A stretch of DNA of 64,000 nt from Octopus bimaculoides (Eukaryota), in the NCBI RefSeq assembly GCF_001194135.2, contig NC_069005.1, forward strand, positions 15,839,658-15,903,657. The letters are read 5' to 3'. Positions 51,511 through 64,000 of this stretch are shown piece after piece. The notes below the pieces were generated by a model that worked only from the letters and a program-made list of their open reading frames with translations, ran no database searches and was not told where the DNA came from. Position 1 is the stretch's first letter. Each line of letters begins with the position of its first letter. Position numbers and translations under genes: made by a program.

Positions 51511-52970
51511 AAAATTAATACAAATTGCATTACAGCCAAACATTTTCAAATATAAATGATAACTGCTGCAAACCAAAGACAGAAGTCTAGAGTAGATGTA
51601 TAGATGTATAGATGTATAGATGTAGACACCCACTTGACTTCTTTGGTAGAGGAATTCTACAAAGAATTCTTATTAACACAAAGAAACAAGCAAGAAGCTA
51701 CTTACACACGCACACATACACTCCCTCTCTCTTTACCCCACCCCCTCTCTCTTTTACATGCCCACCACACATGAATACCTGAGGAATTTTGGAATGGAAT
51801 AATATACATTAATTGGATTATCCTTACAAGGAAACATCATAAAGGCTGTCTTGTCACTTGTCTAATATGAAAGCAATGCAAAGTGATAATTTTGTAAAAA
51901 TCATAAGAGGGGAGGGGCAGAAAGTAAAGTAGGTAGAGCTTTCCTTGACTAACAATGGAGGATGAGACTATCATATACGAATGAGAAAGAGGGTAAAAGT
52001 ATATATGAAGCAAATTTCCGACATTAAAATATTATTAAGGAAGAGGAAGGTGGGGTGAAGAGGGAGGGAAAAAATAATTAAAAGAGGAGGGAAAAGAAGA
52101 GAAAGAAGAGGGAAAAGAAGAGAAAGAAGAGGGAAAAGAAGAGAAAGAAGAGGGGAAAAGAAGAGAAAGAAGAGGAAAAAGAAGAGGAGGAGGAAGAGCA
52201 AGAAGAATAAGAGGAGAGAGAGCAAGAAGAGGAGGAGAAAGAAGAGCAAGAAAAAGAACAAGTAGAGGAGGAAGAGGAGGAGAAAGAGGAAGGAGAAGAA
52301 GAGAAGAAAGAAGACCAAGAAGAGGAGGAAGAAGAAAGAAGAGGAAGGAGGAGAGGAAAAGAGCAGGAAGAAGAGGAAGAACAATAAGAAGAGCAACAAC
52401 AACAAGGTGGTGATGTTAATGCTAATGATGGTTATGATAGTGAAAATAATGACGACACTTCAAGATAACGATGACAGCAACATATGAAATAGCTTTCAAG
52501 TAATTTCTTTTTTTTTTGTTGTTTTTTTGTACATATTCACAAAGAAATGAGACAGCTACCTACGTTGCTATTTTATTTACATTTTTTTTTCCCTTCCATA
52601 GAATTATACAAAGAAAATATTTTTTGCCTGTATCCTTGCTCATATGTGAGTGCATGTGTAAGTGTGTGTGTGTGTGGGTGTTCTTGTGTACATACGTGTG
52701 TTTGTACAAGTACCTAATAATGTGTGTGGGTAAATGTTGGCTTGTAAATTTATGCTTGCATGTGCATGATAGGACGAGCAAGTTGTGTGTTAAAAGAAAA
52801 CCCATTATAATGAAAATAAAAAAATCTTGGTACCATGGAGGCCGGTCTGCCTGTGACTGTATTTATGAATGATAAATTCTTGTACAAATACGTCATATTT
52901 CAAGATAATTAGTTGCCAAGCAAATGAGAAAATGAAACAAAAAAATAAAATTTTAAAATGCTTTTCTATA

Positions 52971-53012
<42 letters not shown>

Positions 53013-53555
53013 CACACACACACACACATATATATAAACATATATAAACACACACACATATACATAAGGATTAATCTTTAAAATCTCAGCAAGCTATAAA
53101 CCAAAGTCCTTTTCCTTCTTCACCACCATCTTCAAGAATGGTAGTAATATCACCTTCATCTCTCTTTCCCTCTCTCTCTCCCAACTTCACAACATCCCAC
53201 GTTACACAAAGTAAACTTAATAATCAACATTGAGGTCACAATGATCTCTGATCAAACATTTTAGCACCAGCACAGATTACAAAGGATGTCAACCATGCTA
53301 TTTGCCCGGTTGCGAAGGTGGCTGGCATGGCGACTCTGAGATATATATATATATATATATAATTATGTGTATTTCTTCTATCTTAATGAATAAAAATTCT
53401 TCTAATAGAATAAATGGGTTAATAGAAACCAATGTAGCAAAGAACACAAAATAACTGTGGTTAGCTCCTGTTTTTAAGGCAGGAACTCCTTGAAATTTTG
53501 GGTATTTGAGTATATTTAAGAATTTAAGGATTGGAGAAAACGCATGTTATAATTG

Positions 53556-53654
53556 CATACTTTATTCCTACATATGTTTCAAAGGATTACAACCTGTGTG
53601 ATCCATAGGGATCTTTGATATTAAAATTGTAACCTTCTCATCAGGGAAAGCATG
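53556..53654 (-). ncRNA. Type I hammerhead ribozyme motif, core intact
   Basis: Minus strand reads catgct ttcc-CTGATGA-gaaggttacaa...ttgtaatccttt-GAAA-catatg-TA-ggaa taa agtatg. Confidence 0.8.
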
Positions 53655-53664
53655 GGAATCATCT

Positions 53665-53872
53665 TATATATATAAAATATATAGTTTTAGGGAAAATAAC
53701 CAATTTTCAAGAACTCATCAATGAAAATCCACTATCACATATAGAAAAATTAATAATTAAAAGCACAATAAATGAGTATAATATAAAGTAAAGTAAATAT
53801 CATAAGATAAATATAATAAATGAGTTCTTGAAAATTGGTTATTTTCCCTAAAACTATATATTTTATATATAC
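53665..53872. repeat. ~52-bp inverted repeat (spacer ~100 bp) abutting the hammerhead
   Basis: tatatataaaatatatagttttagggaaaataaccaattttcaagaactcat and its reverse complement at about 53820-53871. Confidence 0.9.
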
Positions 53873-54304
53873 TTTATCTATAAGGCTCAATTTAATTTTA
53901 ATTTTTTATAAATTGATTTTAATTGAGTTTTTTACCTGTAATTTTGGATTTTGTCCCTAATAATATTATTATATATATATATATATACCAGCAAGCTGAA
54001 CCTTTCAGGTGAGATGACAAAAGAACAAGATACCTGATGCATGGGCATACTCAAGAAGACCTTTAATCAACAGCAGAAGTGTTAAGACCAATTCTTCTGG
54101 TTGTGTAAAGTACTCATGGTGGTGTCACGTAAAAGTGCCTGTGCAATGCATCCACCACACTCTGTAAATTGGTTGGCATTAGGAAGGGCATCCAGCCATA
54201 GAAACCATGCCAAATTAAGACTAGAGTCTGATGCAACTGGTCAAACTGTCCAACCCATGCCAGCATGGAGAATGGACATTAAATGATGATGATGATGATG
54301 ATGA

Positions 54305-54350
<46 letters not shown>

Positions 54351-55013
54351 TACTGACTGCACATACTCAATGTATATGTTTTGTTTGTTTGCCAGTACAC
54401 TGCAGTTTAGCGTGGTGGAAATGACTCCCTCAAAGCATTGGGTGTTAAAACAACTGAAAGTCATAGACAAGCAAGACAACTTGCCCCCTAATCCCATTCA
54501 GGAGTGATGGATACTGATATTTCACCATTTTTGTAGCTTATGAACATCACATACCTGAATCAAACCAAGGGTGAACTGAATCAGCAGACAATGACTATGA
54601 CTATATATTATTTGGACTTTGTGTATACATCTATTAGTATGTTGATTAAAGCACATTCACCGTTTGGGTCACCTGATCTCATTCACAGTTATGATATAAT
54701 TTTCACTGGATCTACATCAGGAAATCCAGTGTCTGTTGAGTTTATAACTGATGAGGGGAAACTGAAGATGAATTGAGTATGAATCTTTATTCAGCATTAT
54801 TTTTGTACTAAATCCTTTTTCCATTTCCCTCATCAGTTTATATAAATAATCAAAACTGAAAAAAAAAAATTGATATTACTTATTCACCATTACATGTGTT
54901 TCATTTGCTAATATGAGTTAGAAAATTGTACAAGTAGGAGAAACATGCAAGGCAAATCCTGTTAGAAATGCTTCTTCAGATACAAGATAATATACTTCAG
55001 ATACAAAATAGCA

Positions 55014-56535
55014 TACCGTAAAAACTCATGTAATTTGTGCACCTGTGTAATTTATGCAGGTGATTTTCAGAATAAAAATTGTTAAAAAAAGCTTTTACTC
55101 ATGTAAAATTCACACCCAAAAGTTGTCAGAATTACTGATATGGCCAGGGGGAAAAGGTTTTCAATTTAGCTGTATTTAGCATAATTTCACTTACTTATGA
55201 TTAGATTTTATTAAATTTTCATCAACTAAAAATAATTTCTGTTTAACATGTATCACATAGAAAGCTATTAAATTATGAAGTGTTTCTGTTGTTTATAATA
55301 AACTTTATTTTACATTTTGTGCCCACAAGAGATTATGTCCGATCTTTAGCATACTTCTGTATGTCTTCTCAAATCACAAACACAGGAAAAGTTGTTAATT
55401 CTTATCAACAAAAGCAAAGCTGAGAAATACGCACAAGTGTTGCAAAATAAGTTTAATTACCAATAAACATCAGCTTTGATGACACTTTACTCAACCGACA
55501 GAGGAAGGTGACCAATCAAACTGAATATGTAAACAGAATTCTGATTGGTTGAAAGTGTCTTCTTGTCTCAAGCTCTGATTTTCTGCCTATTCTTGTCAGA
55601 GCCTTTGATACTGCGTATCAAAATTTCAATCCCTTTCACACTTATAAATTGTCAAGCAAACTTTAAAATTTGTCATTACTGTTTTAGCCAGGAGTCCAAA
55701 CTGATAGTTTTGTAACCCACTAAAATAAACATTAAAAATCGAAAGGAAAAAATAAACAGCTTTGCAAGTTTAACTCGATGTTTATTGGACAAGAGAGGTG
55801 CAAAATTTAAGAAGTGACTTGTTAGAATATACACATCTGTGAGGAGACATAAAGAAGAATAGCAAAAATCTACTATACCAAAAAGAACTGGTAATACATA
55901 CATTACAAGTGTTCTATGAAGAGAACATAAGATTGCTGAATAATTCAACATGAATGTGAAATGAAATTAAACATCGTATAAGGTAAATGAAGGTTTCTGT
56001 AGGAATACTAAGACATATTCACTAAGTGAGTTTACATGCACAAGGATGAATTATGATGTTATCATTGTCAACGTTAGAGCTGATAGCAGCAATATCAGTG
56101 GTGAGGAATTTCAGTGTGTCGTAATGTGGAGAAAGCGAGCAAATAGTTTCTAGTGCAAACACAAGCTAGACTCCCTAAGCGGAGAAAAACTGATCTATTT
56201 AAGGAAATTGCTAGGCTCCATTGCGATAGGTAGAAACTCCAAGCAATGTAAAATATGGCCTAGACCGTGATTACCAGCATGAACGTGAAACTTTAAAAAG
56301 CAGTTAACCATTTAATGGTTTTAGTAAATTTATACACAAAAAGTAAACGTTATACCATCCAGCATAAACAAAAGTCAACCTCATTATATTTTTTCTGTAA
56401 AAACCTATTCTGACATTAAATGCGTCAACTTCCTGTACATCATTTTCCAGCAAAACAAATTTCTAAAAAAATTCTGGAAACAATCTACTCATGTAATTTA
56501 CGCACCCACTAAAGTTTATTTTAGTTTTTACGAAA
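55014..56535. mobile_element. Possible pogo/Tigger-like DNA transposon relic
   Basis: taccgtaaaaactcatgtaatttgtgcacc at 55014, and a related actcatgtaatttacgcacc...gtttttacg at about 56489-56532. Confidence 0.3.
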
Positions 56536-56928
56536 AAAAAGTACTTCAGACACCAAATAATACAAAATTACATTTAGATGAAGTCTTTATATATAGTTAG
56601 TAACTAGGAGTCCTAGAGATAGTGGGAGGGGAGAATAAAGAATAAAACTAGTAATATAGAAGAGAGAGAGGGGGTTAGAGATTGATATAACAAGTGTACA
56701 CACACACATGCACACAGAAAGTTGGTTGCTTTGACTGGTCACAGAGTGACAATTGGTTTCACATGTATAAAGCACTAAGCTGTAGGTGAGAAACCAATGG
56801 TCACTCTCTGATCAGCCGTAATAAATAACCTTCTAAATATATCGTTGGTCAAATGTTTTAAAATGTGCCTGCCTCTGTTCAGATATATGAACTAGAGACA
56901 TATATATATATATATATATATATATAAC

Positions 56929-57248
56929 GAAATTAAGTTTAAAATGCACAGAGAATATATTACAATTAATTAGAATTTAATTATATTTTAAAATATAGGA
57001 ATACACTTGACCAGTTTCACATCAGATTTTCAAAAGTGTATGCTGTATGGAGCTGTGTCACGAATAATGTCTATTCTGGCCATTGCTGAGCTTTTTTTTT
57101 TTTTTAACAACGGTCAGAATGGACATACAACAACTCCATATTCTTTACACTTTTGAAAATCTGAAGCAAAACCAGTCAAGTATTTTCCTATATTTTAAAA
57201 TATAATTAAATTCTAATTAATTCTCTGTGCATTTTCAACTTCATTTCA
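56929..57248. mobile_element. ~320-bp foldback element
   Basis: aaaatgcacagagaat...aattaattagaatttaattatattttaaaatatagga is mirrored at about 57185-57240. Confidence 0.85.
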
Positions 57249-57309
57249 TCTACCTCTCCACTTGTTTGGATTAATAACAATTTTTATATTTTATATTTAT
57301 CGATATCTT

Positions 57310-57665
57310 TTATTTGTTTCAGCCATGCTGGGGCACCACATAAATTTTTTTTTAGTCAGATGAATCAACCCCAGTACTTCCTTTTAAGCTTGGTACTTAT
57401 TCTATCAGTCTCTTTAGCCAAACTGCTAAGTTACAGGGTTACAAACACATTGATTCTCAAGTGGTGGTGGGGAGGCCAAACACAGACACATAGATATACA
57501 TACATGATGAGCTTCTTTCAGTTTCTGTCTAGTACATCCACTCACAAGACTGGTTGGCCCGAGGCCAGAGTAGAAGACACTTACCTAAGACGCCATTTGG
57601 TGGGACTCGACCCGGAACCATGTGGCTGGGAAGCAAGCTTCTTACAACACAGCCACACCTGTGCC
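57310..57665 (-). mobile_element. SINE family A
   Basis: Reverse complement of the family A body. Confidence 0.85.
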
Positions 57666-57677
57666 TAATTTAATGTA

Positions 57678-57722
<45 letters not shown>

Positions 57723-59856
57723 AATTAATGGAATCAGTATGAGACAATGGTTGTTGTTGCTGGGCCTAATTAGATGTAAAGCAAATACCAGAAAGAGCAC
57801 TGGCTATAGAAAAGTAGCCTCAAGTAATCCTGTCAGACTCATGCAGGCATGGGTAAGTGGATATCAAAACAATGACAATGATATAGAGGGTGTTGTTTTA
57901 ACCACAGGTCAACACTAACTTATGATCAAAAGTATCCTAATTGTGACCATTCCATCTTTTTAACCCCTTTAGCACTCAGACTCTTCTGCCAAATGTAACA
58001 CTTTTTCATTCAAATTGTTTTTAATTAATCCTGCATTATTTTGTAGCTTCGAGATTTTGATGTTGTGATTGTATATTTTATAATGGCATTGAAGGATAGG
58101 TGTGATAGGCTGGATCTGGCTGGTTTGAATATAAAACAGGTCGCATATTTGGGCCCGATATGGTTAGTTTAAATGCTAAAGGGTCAAGTCTATCTAAGAC
58201 TATATTAAGGCAGAAGTATGCAATTCAAGAGATATGACTTCTATTTCTAGTAGGTGAAATGACTACACAGAGGATTCCTTGGTGGTTTGTAAGGTATGTT
58301 GCTGTTATTGTTAATCATCAGGGCAAACCTGATCATCTAGAGCTATAATCAAAGCCGTGCAACTATAACCAGTTTTTGACTTAGGATCTGTTTTCTTGAG
58401 AACACACTGGGTTGAGATTTAAAGGAAATTTGGCTGCTATTTCCAGCAGCTAAAGTGCCCACATACAGACATCCATAAATTTGCAAGCTGTGTTGTTGTG
58501 TAATGGAGGCTAAAGACTTATGTTCTGAGCAGAGGTTTTTACTAAAGAAACATTTGCTTCTATTATTGTATAATTATGGGAACTGCAGTCTAGGAAAGTG
58601 TTCCAAATGGATTTACTGTGTATTCTTGTTTGAATGTATTCACTTCAATCAGAGCACGAATATAATTTTCAACAGATATGAAAGATAGCTATATTTCAAA
58701 CAGACACTCAAGAGACTTGTATAGGACTTCTGCTTCTGTAAGCATTATATATAAAAGCTTGGTTTATATAATGTATTGAAATATAAAGTCAAAATAAATC
58801 AGTCAGAATATTTGATAATAATAATGAAGATGATGATTTCAACTTTTGTCACAAGGCCAGCAGTTTTAGGTGAAGGCAAGTCAATTACATCGATCCCCAA
58901 TGCTCAACCAGTGCTTATTTTATCAACTCCATATGGATGAATGGCAAAATTGATCTCGGTGGAATTTGAATTCAGAATGTAAAGATGGATGACATGCCAC
59001 TAAACATTTTGCCCAGCATGCTAATGATTCTGCCAGGCTGCTGCTTTAATTTTATGTGTAATTATTCATAAATGATTCAGTCAGTCATCCTTCATTGCGG
59101 TTGAATAACCAATCCCAACCAGTCGGTATTGGTTGTACTATTTGTCCTTCTGACCACCGAATACAAATGCGACTCACAAGACCTCCATTCAGGTAATTTT
59201 CCAGAGTTACCATCTTACCCTTGTATATCAACCCATCAAAAAGTTACTTATTTACAGCTGAGCTGACTGGAGCAACATGAAAATGAAGTGTTTTGCTTAA
59301 GAACACAATGCACAGCCAGTCTAGAAACTGAAACCATGATCTCACAATCATAAGTGCAACACCCTAACCACTAAGCCATGTGCCAAGTGATTATTAACTA
59401 TGAAAATGAAGGACCATAGAAAACAGAATACCCTTTTGCAATTTGGTTGAGGGTTTTGTCCAAAAAGGGCTGAATGAGGCCACTTTGAACAAATAGCATT
59501 ATCTTTATTGCAACTAATGTTATCCATGTTATTCCATCTCAATGATAAAGAATTTAAAAAAAAAAAACAGCCAAAAGCATCAATACTTCGGTATTTATTT
59601 AAATTTCTCTATCTCCAGCAGGGAGAAAACTGACCAACAGAGTTTTCTGGTGTAGCAGAGCTTAACACTGAAGGTTAAAGGTGAGGAGGTTATCATTGCA
59701 GAGCAGAGAAAAAGAGGGATGACCAATAGTAGTTTCATTTATCAGAACTAACATTTCGGTCGAAATTTCTTCGTCAGAAGCTGAAAGACCACTGGAAATG
59801 TGAGCTACATCTTTTACAACCATTTTTTTCTTTTAATTTAATTTTTTGTTATTCAG

Positions 59857-59916
59857 TTGATTCTTACCAAACACAAAGCACTGCAAGATATCTTGAATCC
59901 AAACGATTAGAGAAAG
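59857..59916 (+). CDS. Internal exon of an unidentified plus-strand gene (xDSYQTQSTARYLESKRLEK)
   Basis: Very strong acceptor ttttttcttttaatttaattttttgttattcag, donor AAG|gtaaat, 60 nt. Only the phase 1-1 frame is open. Confidence 0.6.
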
Positions 59917-60594
59917 GTAAATTTGTTTGCTTGTTTGTTCGCTTGTGTTTCCTTTACATATTTTTGCCGGAAACAAACAAAAACAGCAGCAGTAGCAGCA
60001 GAAAGATAGACTAGAAGAATGTATTTGTTTTTATTTGGATGGCATCAAGCCAATCAAATGAAAAAGATCCGTGTGTGTGTGTGTGTGGAGGGATAAAAGA
60101 AAATAAAAAAGGAAGAAGAAGGCTACCAGTGCAGTAAGTGTGGTGAATCCATTCATAATCTACACAAGGCTTTACCGAGATTGACTTTTATGATGAGAAC
60201 AACTGTATTCTGTGATGTGATTTAACTGAGAGAAATCAACTGGAGCATTAATAGATCTAAATACAAATTATTCAAAGAACATGCATGTGTGTGTGTGTAT
60301 ACACACACATACACACACACAAAACATTCATTATATTCACACACACATGCATATACACTCCTTATATCATACATTTACACACATATACATTACTTATATT
60401 ATACATACACATACATACACATTCAGTATATATATACATTCACAGAGACATATACATTAAATACACACACATGTGCATAAATGTATTTATACAGATGCCT
60501 GTGTACCTACATCTGATTAGACACACACACATATATACCTGCAGCTATATGCACAAATACACATGCACACTTATACATGTACCCCTGATATACA

Positions 60595-60640
<46 letters not shown>

Positions 60641-61987
60641 TAACTTCACTACCTTTTTCTATTCAACTGCAAAACAAAAACAAAAAAACAATTGAGGGTA
60701 ACAACAGAAAACTAGAAAAAAAAATGGTTACTTGTTGAAAATGAATGACTTAAAATATCACTACATGTTGCACAGGCTCATAAAGGAAATTTATTAGAAT
60801 ACTTCTACTGAGTCTTAATGGGGTGGAGTGATTGCTGTATAAAAGAAATCTACCTTTATTTTTTTTCTCTTTGTTCTGATTGTTCAACCATTTTCCACAC
60901 ACTTGCATACTGGAAATGGGTTCTTTCTCCGTGTTCAAGTATTGGTTTTTATGGTTGAATGCCCTTCTATCACTAACTATTCTACTGTTAAAATAAGAAT
61001 GGAATCTGTTTTGTTTCCAGTCAGACCTTGATATGTTTTTGTGCAGAAGCACAGCACAATAGCTGTAGACTTGTGTTTATGACTGACCACGTGGTCTAAC
61101 ATCCAACATAATGATGTCATTTGCTGAGGAAGCTTTTCACAGATGCTCAACCTGCTAGAAATAGCAGCAGAATTCCCCTTAACCTTTGATCTCATTGTTT
61201 GTTTACATCTGATGTCTTGGATGCAAAACATTGTAACAAAAATCCCTGCTGGCTATTATTTCTATAGAATATCTGTAGAGACAGCCTGAAAAAAGTATGT
61301 CAAGTGCACTACTAACATAGTAGAACACAGTATTGACTTACAAAAACGTTTAAATATTCTTTGTAGTATGTTTTGGTTGTATAACGAAAGTCATCCCCAC
61401 AAGTCATTAAATTTTAGCATTTAAACTGGCCATATCTGGCTCAAATATTCTACCTGTTTTGTGTTCAAACCAGCCAAATCCTGTTTCTTACACCTACACA
61501 ATATCATTCTAACAATATGCAATCACATGATTGAAATGTTGAAGCTACACAATAATGCATGATTAATTTAAAACAAAGTGAATGAATAATCATTACATTT
61601 GTCAGAGTAATATGAATGCTAAAGAGTTAAATCACATGCTGCCAGAAAAGAACTTTTCAAAAAGGTGTGGACCTCTCTTAGAAGAAGCCATTATTCTAAA
61701 CCCTTTGCCAATCCAAAGCATTTTCATAAGTTTGTTCTAAACGTCCATGCTTGTTTTCAGACTTTTAGTCCTTCTTTCATATGTTTCGAGTAATATAATA
61801 CTTTCCTTTCGTAAGTCCTTTCGTAAGGCATGCATGGCTGTGTGGTTAGAAGTTAGCTTCCCAACCACATGGTTATGAGTTCAGTTCCACTGTGTGGAAC
61901 CATGGGTAAGTCTTCTGCCAGAACCCTGAGCTAACCAAACCTTGTGAGTGGATTTGGCAGACAGAAACTGAAAGAACTGTCTATATA

Positions 61988-62712
61988 TGCGGTCTGATCA
62001 ATAAGTATCCGGACTATTGCCATAGTAATGAAGCTAAAGCATGCAGAGTGAAGCCGCTTAGCACAGATTGACCTTGAACACTGCTGTGCATGTACACTAA
62101 GTTTTATCATTCTAGCTCACTTCTGCTGTTTACAGCAGTGCTTGGAAGGAAGGTGTGTAGCGTATGATTGTCGCATTGATCATGACAGAAAAAGTTCTCA
62201 TGGCAATAACTGCTCAGAGGCTGACACAAAGTTGCAGAAAGGATATGGAGAGGAGTGTATGAGCTGCACAGAAGTGTACAAGTAATTCAGACATATCCAA
62301 GATGGCCAGAAAGATGTCAATATTGATGAACGTTCTGGGAGACCCACAACCAGCAGAACTGAGAAAAACATTACAAATGTGTGTGCAGCTGTGAGGGGAA
62401 ATCGTCGAATCACCATCCGTGAGTTATCAGAGGATGTGCAGATTAGTTACGGTTCAGTTCAGTCCATTATCACTGAAGATTTGGGTATGAGATGTGTGCC
62501 TGCCAAGTTTGTACCAAAACTTCTTTCAGCTGACCAAAAGACACCCGGATTTCAGTTGCACAAGATCTCCTTGATTTTGTTGAGAATGATGTGTAGAAAG
62601 CTTTGTGTTGAAAACTTTGCATAGGCCTCTGAGCAGGTATCACCAGGCTTTTGGCAAAATGTGATGCAGATTCTCTGCTCAACTTTCTGTCATGGTCAAT
62701 GCGATGATTACA
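61988..62712 (+). mobile_element. Second copy of the double-5'-arm mariner derivative, right arm truncated
   Basis: TIR tgcggtctgatcaataagtatccggact; ITIRELSEDVQISYGSVQSIITEDLGMRCVPAKFVPKLL; then the inverted arm taggcctctgagcaggtatcacc. Confidence 0.85.
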
Positions 62713-64000
62713 ATGATAATTCATCATCTCTGACATAGGAAAACATGAATAAAATATTCACTGATTTTGCAAATAGCTGCTCTGCTGAATAAAAATCCAG
62801 TATATACAACTGAGGTAGTACTTGATTAAAATAGCCATTTATGTATAATACTTAATATATATATATATATATACAGTTGATAGGCAAGTTACTGAAGTAT
62901 TTGTCCTGAGATAAATATTTTACTAATGAATCAAGAGGACAATTGGCCAAGAACTTAAGATTATTTTGGAGAAATTCCCAACATGTCATGAGGTAGTTTT
63001 TCGGAAAATTGATAATTAGTGGATCTGCTACAAATCTGTGTCTCAAATGAGTCACTGCCACTGATGCTTATCATTCTGTACATTTGTTCTTCATGCTGGT
63101 ATGGGTTGGATGGGTCATCACTGTCCAAGTCAGTTCTTTTTTAGAGTTACTGCCCCTGTCACCCAGATAAGTCAGAGAACTAAATCTCACTCAAAAGTCT
63201 GTTTTTCTTTTTGTTTTGGTTTTTCATACTTTCTATGGCTAGATACTCTTCAGAATATGCTTCCTAACTAGCATTTTACACTGAAAATCATTACTTCATT
63301 AATTAAAATCATCATCATCATCATTGTTTAACATCCATGTCCTGTGCTGGCATGTGTTGGACAATTTGACAGGACTGGAACAACTTGAAATGAAGTGTTT
63401 TGCTCAAAAACACAATGCATCACCTGGTCCAGGAATTGAAACCACAATCTTAGGATTATGAGTCCAACACCCTAACCACTAAGCCATGTGTTTTCACAAG
63501 GAGAGGACATGACTACTCAAATTTTAGATGAGATTTAGTGGGAAGGAGCTGAAAAGTAATATAAGTGATGAGGAGGTATCAGAAAGGGGTCACATGGTGG
63601 GTAGAAATGGATGGGTGGAGTATGGGATGCCTGATAGTGTTGGGCAAGCAGAATAGAAATGTGCATACAATAAAATGGAGGACAAAAGATAGGGGGACAT
63701 GCTCTGGTAGGTAGGTTGTAGGGGTGAATGTAGAAGGGGGAGAAGCAGGCACATTGTGTGACAAGGGTGAGATGTATGATGGGAGGTGAGGGAGAGATAA
63801 TTTGGTGGCACAGTAGTTGGACTGGTAAGGAGAGCAAACAGCCATATGTAGAAATTGAACCCAAGTAAGCAAATTAACATTTATGCTCAATTAGCATGTA
63901 AATAGATATTTAAATGCAAACAGATATACAAACACACACACATTTACATTAGCATTCATACAAACACACATCTCTACATGAACATACAATTAAACATGAA

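Noticed and set aside
51971-52405. Long L/F-rich ORF, and the I/Y, R/E, H/T, V/C and X-containing ORFs throughout the track
   Set aside because: Translations of microsatellites, polypurine tracts and N-gaps.
54740-54845. Inverted repeat with CTGATGAggggaaa arms
   Set aside because: No helix II-GAAA-helix III arrangement on either strand; a simple short inverted repeat.
55520-55555. Two opposed CCAAT boxes suggesting a promoter
   Set aside because: They lie inside a probable DNA-transposon relic, and short motifs alone are not diagnostic.
60120-60160. YQCSKCG, resembling a C2H2 zinc-finger start
   Set aside because: No correctly spaced His pair and no tandem fingers.

Overview
AT-rich, repeat-dense eukaryotic genomic DNA with seven N-gaps and many (AT)n/(GT)n/(GA)n microsatellites. 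The repeat families resemble those I recall from Octopus genomes (inference; no database search). Most of the window is intronic or intergenic and holds degenerate transposons: tRNA-type SINEs of three families, RTE, CR1-like and CRE-like LINE fragments, Ty3/Gypsy relics, two mariner families, TTAA-flanked MITEs and HINE-like elements. Host-gene signal is sparse. There is a candidate minus-strand coiled-coil gene with four phase-0 exons (28136-27966, 22648-22553, 15445-15359, 8602-8546), a convergent plus-strand terminal exon (8096-8254), and a well-bounded plus-strand exon (59857-59916). None could be assigned to a family. The main unexplained structure is about 12 type-I hammerhead-ribozyme motifs with palindromic helix III (Penelope/retrozyme style), from several unrelated sequence families. 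These include a 640-bp palindrome carrying two mirror-image core-intact hammerheads, and a tandem repeat with one hammerhead per 498-nt monomer. All folds were paired by eye.
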